This document shows positions 1 through 10,855 of a stretch of DNA of 64,000 nucleotides, piece by piece. This DNA comes from Eledone cirrhosa (lineage: Eukaryota), in NCBI GenBank assembly GCA_964016885.1, contig OZ024761.1, forward strand, positions 23,994,001-24,058,000, read 5' to 3'. The number at the start of each line of letters is the position of its first letter. Within the stretch, counting starts at the first letter, position 1. The notes beneath the pieces are model-generated. The model was given only the letters and a program-made list of their open reading frames with translations, was not told the origin of the DNA and did no database searches. Position numbers and translations under genes: made by a program.

Positions 1-501
1 CAAACAACCCCCACCCAAATCGCAACACAATCTAACAAAACAGAAAACACCCCTCCAGCAACAAACAAAACCAAACCTGCCCCTCCCCTCTTCGAAACAC
101 TCACACCATCGGAAAAAAAGACATTACACTATACTTACATCAACAGAAACAATAATAAATTAAATGAACTCATATACAATAATCCTTCGGTACAAACCGA
201 AGGTGTAAACTTTGTTTCATCAGAAAACCACCCACATTTAAAACTAATAAAAATCCCAATGAACCTCTACCAAAAACTAAAAAAGGATTTTAAGGAGGAC
301 GTAGGACCACCCTCTGTCAAACCCATAAACCGCGTCCTACTAAAAAGCTTTCCCCCTCCCCTTCCCCTCCCCAACACAACTCCAAACACCCCAACCCCAC
401 CACACACCGACGACCCCACACCACCACAAGACACCCCTTCACCCAACACCCCCGACCCCATGGAAGTCGTGCAACCCGAACCCCGGGAAGCGGAAAGGTA
501 G
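1..501 (+). CDS. C-terminal part of retrotransposon ORF1 (Pro/Thr-rich, 5' partial)
   Basis: Frame 1 is stop-free from base 1 (QTTPTQIATQSNK...) to TAG at 499-501 and lies directly upstream of ORF2. No zinc knuckle is visible in this part. Confidence 0.7.
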   Translation, partial: QTTPTQIATQSNKTENTPPATNKTKPAPPLFETLTPSEKKTLHYTYINRNNNKLNELIYNNPSVQTEGVNFVSSENHPHLKLIKIPMNLYQKLKKDFKEDVGPPSVKPINRVLLKSFPPPLPLPNTTPNTPTPPHTDDPTPPQDTPSPNTPDPMEVVQPEPREAER

Positions 502-534
502 GTCTCTACACTCTCCTTTGGCTCTGCCGCCCAC

Positions 535-3500
535 ATGGATGTGTTAAGAGTAGGATGTTTGAATGCACGTGGCCTGGGCTCAACTTGGAAGCAAGCAAAG
601 CTTCTAAATGACCTCAGGTCATGTAGTATAAATGTAATGGTTATCTGTGAGACTCGAATCAGCGTCATGCGGCAGCTGGCCCCCACCTTCGATGACTTTG
701 AGGTGCATGCATCTCTCTGTCAACCTGGAGGTGGGGGTGGGGTTGTCGTGCTGATGCAAAAACACCTGGGTCTTGCCGTACAGGTTGTGCACTCGGACCC
801 GGAGGGTCGTTTGTTGGTGCTAGACGTTGGCAGTAGTGAAAGTGCGGCCTTGAGACTGGTCGCCGTCTACTCCCCTTTCGGAGCTGAACGGCCCGACTTC
901 TTCCAGCGTTTGGAGACTTTTCTGGGAACGTCGCGTTCCCTGCTTCTAGCGGGGGATTGGAATGACATCCTAGATGCACGTTGGGACTATGCAGGAGCAT
1001 GTCCTAATAGAGGGGGGTGTAACAGCCTCAAGGGGTTACTCGACCGTTTTAACTTGGTCGATAGATATCGACTAGATTTTCCAACTGTGTCTACCTGGAC
1101 TTGGAGAAACCACAGTGGTCAATCTAGATCGTACTTAGATAGATTCTTAGTTAGAAGTAAGGATAGGGACATATTAAGCTGTCCAGAAATGCGCACGGTT
1201 GGCTACACGGATCACAAATTAGTGACCTGCGTGGTCAATCTCGAGAAAACACATAGACAGGGTCCCGGTTACTGGAAACTTAATTTGTCTTTACCGGCAA
1301 AAGAGACTTACAGAAACCGGATTAGCAGATTAGTTAAGGAGAGGTTGACGGGTGCAATCGTCAACAACCGATGGTGGGCATCTCTCAAAAGAGAGATTAG
1401 AACAGAATCAATAAGTTATAGCAAGATGTTAGCTGCCAATAGGAATAGAAACGAGAAAGAATTAACAGGTAAATTAGAAGAGGCAATCAAGAGCGAAGAT
1501 GTGGCCAGAGTGCTGGCATCGAGGACGGCATTGAACCAGTTTTTCGATGCAAAGCATGAAGGCTGCGTCATTCGAAGTAAAATACGTGCTCTAGGTAATG
1601 AGGGGGCCAAAGCCGTTGGATGGGCCCGCGTGACAGAAGCTAAAAGTGGAAATCGATCCACCATCCGGTCGTTGCAAGACGAAGATGGACGAGTGATCCG
1701 GGAGCCTAAGCAGATGTGCGAGGCCTTTCAAAAGCACTTTGCCCGATTGTTCGGGGGAGGCGAGGGTCCGGGCCGGGGCGTGGATTTCGGTCCATACCTC
1801 GACGGCCTGCCGCGTCTCTCGAACAAAGAGGCGGAGTCCTGCGAGGGACCAATCTCGGCTGATGAGATCGGAGATGCGCTGAGCCAATGCAGCAGACGCA
1901 AATCTCCAGGTCTCGATGGTATACCTTACGAACTTTATTTAGCAATGCCGGTCTTCTTCTCCGAACTCCTCGAAGCGGTCTACTGCAATTGGCAGCAGAA
2001 CGGGAGAATTCCTTGTTCTGTAGCCAAGGGCGTAGTCACGCTGGTGAGGAAGGACGAGAACAAGGGGGATAGTATAAATAATTTTCGGCCCATAACCCTG
2101 CTAAACACAGAGTTAAAGATTTTGGCCAAGGTGTTAGCAAAGAGGTTGGCGCTTGTCGTGGGTGGCCTGGTGGGAGATGCGCAGACATGTGCTATCCCAT
2201 CCAGGTCCATTCACGATAACCTCCACCTCATGCGATACATCATAGAGAGGGTTGGCAACAAACCCGGCTTCGGTGGGGCCCTGATCAACTTGGATCAGTC
2301 TAAGGCCTTCGATAGGGTCGACCATGGTTACCTGGATGCGGTGCTAGCGGCGGCTGGGTTCGGTCCTGTTTTCAGAGGCTGGATCACTGCCCTACATAGC
2401 AACCACATCTGTTCTAGGATCAAGGTGAACGGCTACCTTTCGAAGCCGTTCGAAATCACACGATCCATTCGACAGGGGTGCCCTCTCTCCTCCCTTCTGT
2501 ACGTATTGACTCTCGAGCCTTTACTGAGGAAGTTGGAGTTGTTGCAGGGTATCCCCCTGGAACCAGGATTGAGCAAAGCGGTGTCGGCCTACGCCGATGA
2601 CGTAACAGTAATGGTATCAACCGACCCGGAGATCGAGGCGATCGGTACCTTACTGGAGGAGTACGAAAGGTTGTCAGGAGCGAAACTGAACCGGGAAAAA
2701 TCCATCGGGCTGCAACTCGGAACGTGGAGAGGCAGACCGATGCCTCCCGATGGTGTCGTCGGACACTGGACGGAGGGCCCGGTAAAGTTGCTTGGGGTCT
2801 GGTTTGGACCGGACCTCCAGGTGGAAAAGAACTGGAACGAGGTTACGAACAAGGTGTTTGCACTAACCCAGAAATGGGCCAAGTGTAAGCTGTCCCTAAA
2901 AGGCCGGGCGGAGGTGGCGAACATTTATATAGCGTCCGTCACTTACTACCGCCTGACTGTCGTGCCTTGCCCTAAGGAAACACTCACCACCATGGAACGC
3001 ATGCTCTTCCAATTTCTTTGGAAGAAGCGTCCTCCTATGGTGAGAAGATCCATCTGCTGCCAACAACCTTCGAAAGGAGGGCTGGGGATGCCGTGGTTGA
3101 TGATGCGTAGGCACGCATTAAGGCTACGGCACCTACAGGTATTCCTCACTGGTCAACCGGTGTGGGCTCCGTTCGTGAAACGAGCCTTTCCGAGACTCGT
3201 CTCACTCACCGAGCTACAATCCTGGGTCAAGCAAAGATCCGGAAAACTGGGAGACTGGCACACTGAGTGTGCTCAGGCGCTCAGGGCTCTCTGGCAAGCG
3301 GGCCGGGCCATCGGTGGAGAATCCACCTCATCATTCTATAGAGGGCTGGTGGCTAGCAGGGGCGATGACACCCTTGGAGAGTCGCTGGACATGGAAGAAG
3401 ACGAACTGGCCAGCCTGTTCGGTAGGACTTTCGGCCCAGGACCAATGGACAACTTCCAGAAGTCACTGGCCTGGCAGTGCTACCGAGGGGCTCTACCCGT

Positions 3501-3972
3501 TCGAGAGAGGCTCTACAGACACGGGCGCCCGGGCAGGGATCCCTCAAAAAAGATTTGCCCTAGATGCGTGCGTCACGAAGAAACCGTGGCGCACGCATTG
3601 GTGCAATGTCCGGGCGTGGCTGATCTGTGGGGCTACGCCGAACAACTGCTGTCGCGGGTGGCGCCGATTAAATTGACAGCCGAGTCCGTGATGACAATCA
3701 AACCGCCTCCCCTCTTCACAAAGGAAGCAAAGGCGGTTTTTCTGTGCGTAATAGCCATGTTGAAAGAGGTTGTTTGGTGGACACGATTGAAAGGTCTGAG
3801 GTCAGGCAACTTCCTCTCTGGCCATAGTCTGGTCTACTTCTTCCGATATCACTTCGGAAGAAGGATAAGAATGGAGAGAGAGGTGCTTGGCCACAGGCAG
3901 TTTTATGAAAGGTGGGTGATAGTGGCGAGAATGGCTCGTGTAAATGGGCCTTCTCTGTATACCATCCTGTAG
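535..3972 (+). CDS. ORF2: APE endonuclease + reverse transcriptase + C-terminal CCHC zinc finger (1145 aa)
   Basis: APE motifs CLNARGL, ICET, YSP, GDWN, SYLDRF, TDHKLV. RT motifs SPGLDG, NFRPITLLN, LDQSKAFDRV, RQGCPLS, AYADD. Zinc finger CPRC..EETVAHALVQC. GPGYWKLN and GGLGMP are typical of Tx1-like elements. Confidence 0.96.
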   Translation: MDVLRVGCLNARGLGSTWKQAKLLNDLRSCSINVMVICETRISVMRQLAPTFDDFEVHASLCQPGGGGGVVVLMQKHLGLAVQVVHSDPEGRLLVLDVGSSESAALRLVAVYSPFGAERPDFFQRLETFLGTSRSLLLAGDWNDILDARWDYAGACPNRGGCNSLKGLLDRFNLVDRYRLDFPTVSTWTWRNHSGQSRSYLDRFLVRSKDRDILSCPEMRTVGYTDHKLVTCVVNLEKTHRQGPGYWKLNLSLPAKETYRNRISRLVKERLTGAIVNNRWWASLKREIRTESISYSKMLAANRNRNEKELTGKLEEAIKSEDVARVLASRTALNQFFDAKHEGCVIRSKIRALGNEGAKAVGWARVTEAKSGNRSTIRSLQDEDGRVIREPKQMCEAFQKHFARLFGGGEGPGRGVDFGPYLDGLPRLSNKEAESCEGPISADEIGDALSQCSRRKSPGLDGIPYELYLAMPVFFSELLEAVYCNWQQNGRIPCSVAKGVVTLVRKDENKGDSINNFRPITLLNTELKILAKVLAKRLALVVGGLVGDAQTCAIPSRSIHDNLHLMRYIIERVGNKPGFGGALINLDQSKAFDRVDHGYLDAVLAAAGFGPVFRGWITALHSNHICSRIKVNGYLSKPFEITRSIRQGCPLSSLLYVLTLEPLLRKLELLQGIPLEPGLSKAVSAYADDVTVMVSTDPEIEAIGTLLEEYERLSGAKLNREKSIGLQLGTWRGRPMPPDGVVGHWTEGPVKLLGVWFGPDLQVEKNWNEVTNKVFALTQKWAKCKLSLKGRAEVANIYIASVTYYRLTVVPCPKETLTTMERMLFQFLWKKRPPMVRRSICCQQPSKGGLGMPWLMMRRHALRLRHLQVFLTGQPVWAPFVKRAFPRLVSLTELQSWVKQRSGKLGDWHTECAQALRALWQAGRAIGGESTSSFYRGLVASRGDDTLGESLDMEEDELASLFGRTFGPGPMDNFQKSLAWQCYRGALPVRERLYRHGRPGRDPSKKICPRCVRHEETVAHALVQCPGVADLWGYAEQLLSRVAPIKLTAESVMTIKPPPLFTKEAKAVFLCVIAMLKEVVWWTRLKGLRSGNFLSGHSLVYFFRYHFGRRIRMEREVLGHRQFYERWVIVARMARVNGPSLYTIL

Positions 3973-4186
3973 GTAAAGAAGTAAAGGAGAGGGGAGCACC
4001 TTCTCCATGTGCTCCCCGGGCAAAGGATTGCACACTTTTTCGGGGGTGTGTGCAACCCCCATCACGTCCCCTCCCTTTTGAGGTTATTTTCGATTATTTT
4101 CATGTTACACCCTTTTTACTCGATTATATGTAAACTCCCCCTTTGTATTTGTCCCTTCTTTTTATGCCTTTATGGTAAATAAAGAA

Positions 4187-4576
<390 letters not shown>

Positions 4577-4609
4577 GTGAGTGTGTTGTGTAGATTACAG
4601 GTGCACATG

Positions 4610-4838
4610 TACATACACACACACATGCACACACACACGCATACACACACACACACCCACACACAAACACACAGACACACACACACATGCACACGTTAAC
4701 GCACATAACACACACACACACACATTAAGAAATGCATTAAACATGCACACACTTACATACAGGCACTCACGCATATAAACACACAGACATGTTCACACAG
4801 GCTTACGCACATAAACACACACGCACACACACACACAC

Positions 4839-4893
<55 letters not shown>

Positions 4894-4900
4894 CACACAC

Positions 4901-4943
<43 letters not shown>

Positions 4944-4952
4944 CACACACAC

Positions 4953-5019
<67 letters not shown>

Positions 5020-5802
5020 CACACACACACACTCACACACACGTACCACTTTCTATGTAGATGGGTGTGTAGTGTGGGGGTAGTATGCTACATTATGACC
5101 GTCACAGTTGAGTTGAGGTCTTGATGTCACCCGAACCGAAGAGCCACGTGACTATGTACATGTTGCATGTTGAATGCATTTCTTAATGTGTGTGTGTGTG
5201 TGTGTGCGTTGAATGATTGCATTTTCTTAATGTGTGTGTGTGTGTGTGCGTTGAATGATTGCATTTTCTTAATGTGTGTGTGTGTGTGTGTGTGTGTGTT
5301 ATGTGCGTTAACGTGTGCATGTGTGTGTGTGTTTGTTTGTGTGTGTGTTTGTTTGTGTGTGTGTTTATGTGCGTAAGCCTGTCTGAACATGTCTGTGTGT
5401 TTATATGCGTGAGTGCCTGTATGTAAGTGTGTGCATGATTAATGCATTTCTTAATGTGTGTGTGTGTGTGTTATGTGCGTTAACGTGTGCATGTGTGTGT
5501 GTGTGTTTGTGTGTGCGTGCGTAAGCCTGTGTGAACGTGTGTGTGTGTGTTTATATGCGTGAGTGCTTGTATGTAAGTGTGCGCATGTTGAATGCATTTC
5601 ATAATGTGTGTATGCGTATATGTGTGTGTGTGTTGAATGATTGCATTTTCTTAATGTGTGTGTGTGTGTGTTTTATGTGCGTTAACGTGTGCATGTGTGT
5701 GTTTATGTGCGTAAGCCTGTGTATATGTGTGTGCTGATGTGTGTGTCTGTGCATCTGTGTGTGTGTGTGTGTACGAGCATCTCTGTGTGTGTGTGTGTGT
5801 GT
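4610..5802. repeat. (CA)n/(TG)n-derived complex repeat containing an inverted duplication
   Basis: The unit GTTAACGCACATAAC...ATTAAGAAATGCATT...GGCTTACGCACATAAAC at about 4684-4820 recurs as its reverse complement about three times in 5160-5720. Confidence 0.85.
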
Positions 5803-5917
5803 GTACATTCGTCTTCATGCGCCTGCCTGTTTACAAGTGTCGGTGGTTAAATGCATTTCTCTCGTGCATTTTCTGGTCTCGAAATTGAAAATTTTGTATC
5901 ATGCTCCACTCCTAGTC

Positions 5918-6189
5918 CACCCCACCATCACCATCACCACCACCTCCACCACCACCACCACCACCACCAACACCACCACCAACACCACCACCATAACCAC
6001 CACCACCATCACCACCACCACCATAACCACCACCACCGCCACCACCACCATAACCATCACCACCACTACCACCACCATCAACACCATAACCATCACCACC
6101 ACCACCAACACATCCACCACCACTACCATCACCAACACCACCACCACCACCTTCATCACCACCACCAGCACCACCACCACCACTACCAT
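5918..6189. repeat. (ACC)n imperfect trinucleotide repeat
   Basis: Read directly. Confidence 0.95.
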
Positions 6190-6430
6190 TTGCCCGTCTT
6201 ACCATTTATTATATTAGCAAATCCCCTTAAAGTTATTGATTATTTTATGTAAGTACCTACAATAAGTTATGTTCCAATAATCTGATAATAATCAGTGTGA
6301 TTGTTATTTTACAAAATACCGCAATACTTCTTCCTTATTTCCACAGACATTGCCTTTCATTAGAAATATGGTGACGAAAGGTTTAAAGGGTTTATATCTA
6401 TCGAAAAACATTTCATTATAATTTTATAGA

Positions 6431-6620
6431 GTGGGGGATTGGCAGTATCAGTAGAAGGTCGGACGCCATGCTTTCCAGCATAGTTACGTCCCTTTACGGT
6501 CTGAGTTCAAATCCCGCCGAGGTTAACTTTGCCTTTCATCCTTACGGTGTAGATAAAAATAAAGTACCAGTAATGCACTGGGTAATTGCTGGCCTTGTGC
6601 CAAACGTAGAAACAATTATA
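6431..6620 (+). mobile_element. tRNA-derived SINE (window family 1)
   Basis: A-box TGGCAGTATCAG, B-box GAGTTCAAATCC, body GCCTTTCATCCTTACGG..GATAAAATAAAGTACCAG, tail GGCCTTGTGCC..TAGAAACAATT. About 15 copies in the window. Confidence 0.9.
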
Positions 6621-6629
6621 ATTTTATGT

Positions 6630-6792
6630 CAGAACCTTTGTTAAGTTATGTTCCAGCAGAATAATGAGAAAGTTTGTTATATTACTAAATTCCCCTTCCA
6701 TCACCATCATTACCATATTGTTCATTATTTTCAGAATGATTTGAAAGCCATAGACGGCGTCTTCCATTAGAAATATGGTAACAAAGGGTTAA
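6630..6792 (+). mobile_element. piggyBac-like MITE right-end fragment
   Basis: Ends GAAATATGGTAACAAAGGGTTAA (reverse TTAACCCT, a TTAA-bounded terminus). Related copies near 6270-6385, 9380-9465 and 42510-43017. Confidence 0.6.
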
Positions 6793-7170
6793 AGGTAAGA
6801 CACTTTCAGTTTTTCTAGTCCAATCTTTGACAGTACAAAATATAAACAATTTATTTAATGTAAAAAAAAAAATGCACGTGTCTTTTGTGGTTATGAAAAT
6901 AGATAAAGGAGGCAGAGACAAGGGCTCTAGGGTCACAGAAGAATGGGAGGGGGAAGGGGGGAGAGTGATGGGCTCTGGGCCTAGGGCACGGAGGTGTCGG
7001 GGCTGTGTCCCGCGGACAAGACAGCAAAAGTATTTCTGCGGACAATGGCCAGCGACACCCGCTGCAACAGCCACTCCACCTCGATGGCGACCGGAGGAAA
7101 GTTATTCTTCAAACACTAGCTGAATAATGGAAAATTCTTCGTTAATTTCAAAATCATCTGAAAGCCATGA

Positions 7171-7507
7171 CAGCGGTCGCCAACCGGTGGTCCGAGAGAA
7201 AATTTTGGACATTATTTGCACTTTTTATGTTTTATTAATAATAAAACAAAAATAATATTCGGTTAACATATATTTTATAACACCCCTAAGAAATGTTCCT
7301 CCTCAGTAAAGAACTAACATCCATTAAAGAATTTCAGAGATGTGTATCATCTATCGACAATATGACACACGTACACTTCAGTATTCTTTAAAAAAGTCCT
7401 CTGATTATTATTTTACAAATGTATTTATCTTTTTTTTTAAATTCATATTAATGGTCCACTGGATTTTAAATTATGAATTTAGTGGTCCTTGAAGTTGGCG
7501 ACCACTG
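7171..7507. mobile_element. hAT-like non-autonomous element (MITE)
   Basis: 14-bp TIRs CAGCGGTCGCCAAC / GTTGGCGACCACTG with one mismatch. It interrupts a copy of the piggyBac-like MITE. No clean 8-bp TSD. Confidence 0.75.
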
Positions 7508-8597
7508 AAGATATCTTCCATTAGAAATACTAGCAGAAAACCACCCATCGGGTGGTTTTCTGCTAGTATATGTAGTGTGTATATTGATATTATACGCAAA
7601 TATATATGCATGTAGATATGATACATCAAATAAAATCGTAATTGACAATATACACAGACATTGAACGAAGACTGTGTTACACTCTCTTATGTAATCAGTA
7701 AAGTAATCCATGATACATTAAAAAAAAGACGATATTATATATAAACTGCATTAAGAGAAAATTGGTGACGGAAATATATGAGTATTTATTTAAGCGATCG
7801 CCACCGGAACTGTTGACATTTGAAAATTTTAGAGAAGTGAATCTTTAAACAAATAATAAAATATATTTAATGAACAGCCATGAAATTTAGTAGATAAATT
7901 ATGTAATATTCATTCATTATTTATTCAAAGTAATCCAACTTATTTTACTAAGGGGATACAAAATTATAAACCGTACGCAGTCCCGCGCTTCTTACTTTAT
8001 TATAGTTTAGATGGTAACGAAAAGTTTAAAGCGTTCATATTTATCGAAAAACACTATATACAAACAGTATAGTAAAACACAGCCATCATCTATATATAAA
8101 ATTCTGCGATTCTGTCACAATACGTAAAGAGAGAGGAGTAGTTTGACTACCTCATACTATTCCTCTCTCTTAACGTCTGCTGCCTACGTGAATGTATGTG
8201 TGTGTAAAAGGAAGGAAGTGGTGGTGAAAAAACTACGCTGTGTGTGTGAGTGTGTGTGTTTTTGTGCAAATGTATGCGTGCGTGTTTGTGTGATTGTATG
8301 TCTGTGAGTGTGTATTTTTGTAATTGTGTCTGCGTTTGCGTGTTTATATTTATACACTCATACATATAAATGAATACATATGCACATACACACACATAGA
8401 CACATATACACATACACGCCAGCAAATGGAAAAAAAATTCACGTATTTTTATATTTCTATAAATCAGCTGGCAATCAATGTTTATCATTGATTGATCAAC
8501 AGTTAAAATAAATATAAATATAATTTCTCAGATCCAAAACCTTGCAAAACAAATATACATCACTATATAAGAACCTTTGTTACGTTCCAAACATTAG

Positions 8598-9369
8598 TTC
8601 TTCTTCTTCGCCCATTTATTCCTGAGACGGTCGTGGGTGCAGAGTTCTCAAATACACCCTCCAGTGGGTCCTGTCAGAAGCAACTGTCTCCAACTGATCC
8701 GGCTGGATCCCCAAGTGTGACCAGCCAAGCTCATAGATGTTATCCAACCATCTTGCTCGGGGTCTACCCCTGGGTTTCCTACCTGTTGGTTTCGCCTGTA
8801 ACATCTGTCCAGCGATTCTTTCCTGAGACATTCTAACCACACGTCAAGGATATCAGAGCTGTGATCTCTCAATTCGTAGAAGTAGAGGCTCTACCAGGAG
8901 TGACTCTCTGATTTCCGAGCTACAAATCTGTCCAGCGATTCTTTCCTGAGACATTCTAACCACACGTCAAGGATATCAGAGCTGTGATCTCTCAATTCGT
9001 AGAAGTAGAGGCTCTACCAGGAGTGACTCTCTGATTTCCGAGCTACAAATCTGTCCAGCGATTCTTTCCTGAGACATTCTAACCACACGTCAAGGATATC
9101 AGAGCTGTGATCTCTCAATTCGGAGAAGTAGCAGCTCTACCAGGAGTCTCTCTCTGATTTCCGAGCTACAAATCTGTCCAGCGATTCTTTCCTGAGACAT
9201 TCTAACCACATGTCAAGGATATCAGAGCTGTGATCTCTCAATTCGTAGAAGTAGCAGCTCTACCTGGAGTGACTCTCTAGTCTCCTAGTTACGCACTCTA
9301 TCGAGTCAGCTTACTATAAAGACCCTTCGGAGGAACCCCATTTCGGCCGCTTGTATTAACGATCGTATT
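8598..9369 (-). mobile_element. 5'-truncated RTE-like LINE with (GAA)n tail and an internal 4 x 123-bp tandem
   Basis: Minus-strand peptide RMSQERIAGQMLQAKPTGRKPRGRPRARWLD resembles the RTE C-terminus. Tail GAAGAAGAAGAA. Candidate TSD CAAACATT at 8588-8595 and 9370-9377. Units start at 8803, 8926, 9049 and 9172. Confidence 0.85.
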
Positions 9370-9589
9370 CAAACATTGAGTGAGAAAATTCTTGACTATT
9401 TACAAAATCATTTGAAGGCCATAGACGGTGTCATCCATTAGAAATATGGCAACGAAAGCTTTAAATGCTAAGTCTGTGTAAAGTCTATGTTTTTGGCGTA
9501 ATTCTCTTCTCGTCCATTTATTATCTAACACAGGATTAGCATGAGACTTCTTAATTAATTTCATCTCTCTTCAAGGTTGTATTGGCGTC

Positions 9590-9890
9590 TGTTGTGGTTA
9601 TTATTGTTGTGGTGGTGGTTGTTATTGCTGTTGTTGTTGTTGTGGTGGTGGTGGTGGTGGTTGTTGTTGTTGTGGTGGTTGTTATTGCTGTTGTTGTTGT
9701 GGTTGTTGTTGTTGTGGTGGTGGTTGTTATTGCTGTTGTTGTTGTGGTGGTGGTTGTTATTGCTGTTGTTGTGGTAGTGGTTGCTATTGCTGTTGTTGTT
9801 GTGGTAGTGGTTGCTATTGCTGTTGTTGTTGTGGTGGTGGTTGTTATTGTTGTTGTTGTTGTGGTGGTGGTGGTTGCTATTGTTGTTGTT

Positions 9891-9934
<44 letters not shown>

Positions 9935-9978
9935 GGTGGTTGTTATTGCTGTTGTTGTTGTTATTGTTGTTGTTGATG
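9590..9978. repeat. (GTT/GTG)n repeat
   Basis: Read directly. Confidence 0.95.
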
Positions 9979-10051
9979 TTTTTCTTCCTTCGATGCGATT
10001 CTCAAATCAGATCATCCCCCCCCCCCTCACTCCCTCACTCCCCCTCACTCA

Positions 10052-10083
<32 letters not shown>

Positions 10084-10169
10084 CGTCTTGTATGTTGAAA
10101 GGTCTTTCATAATCCTCTCCTAATGGAGCTGTGGTGAAGGCTTTAGGTTTTTATAATCCACCCCTTCTC

Positions 10170-10684
10170 TCCCCTCCACATTTTCTCTTACTCTCTCTCC
10201 CTCTCTTTTCTCTCTCTCTTACTCTATCCCTTTGTTTCTCTCTTTCTCTTACTCTCTCTATGTCTCTCTCTTACTCTCTCTATTTGTTACTCTCTCTGTT
10301 ACTCTCCCTCGCTTACTCTCCCTCGCTTACTCTCTCTCTCTCTCTCTCTCTCTCTTACTCTCTCTCCCTCTCTTCTCTCCCTCTCTTCTCTCCCTCTCTT
10401 CTCTCTCTCTCTTACTCTCTCTCTTTGTTACTCTCTTTCTCTTACTCTCTCTCTGTCTCTCTATTACTCTCTCTCTCTTTGTTACTCTCTCTGTTACTCT
10501 CCCTCTCTTACTCTCTCTCTCTCTCTCTTACTCTCTCTCCCTCTCTTCTCTCCCTCTCTTCTCTCTCTCTCTCTTACTCTCTCTCTTTGTTACTCTCTTT
10601 CTCTTACTCTCTCTCTGTCTCTCTATTACTCTCTACGTTGTTACTCCCTCTGTTACTCTCCCTCTATTTTTAATCTCTCTCGCT

Positions 10685-10735
<51 letters not shown>

Positions 10736-10745
10736 TCTCCCCCGC
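10170..10745. repeat. (CT)n-rich complex repeat with TTACTC subunits
   Basis: Read directly. Confidence 0.9.
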
Positions 10746-10855
10746 TCTCTTTCACCCTCTTATCTTCTTCTACTGTAGATCAGAACTATGTTTGCCATTT
10801 ACTTATGAAGTTGTTCCCACCCCCCACTCTTCTCATAATTGATGATTGAGCAATG

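Larger units (their letters stand above)
1..4186 (+). mobile_element. Tx1-clade (L1 group) non-LTR retrotransposon; 5' end outside the window, ORF2 intact
   Basis: ORF1 tail, APE-RT-CCHC ORF2, pyrimidine-rich 3' UTR and AATAAA at 4178-4183, followed by (ATCT)n from 4187. Confidence 0.93.

Noticed and set aside
267-4133. Short antisense and alternate-frame ORFs overlapping the Tx1 element
   Set aside because: Shadow ORFs of a GC-balanced coding region with no recognisable motifs.
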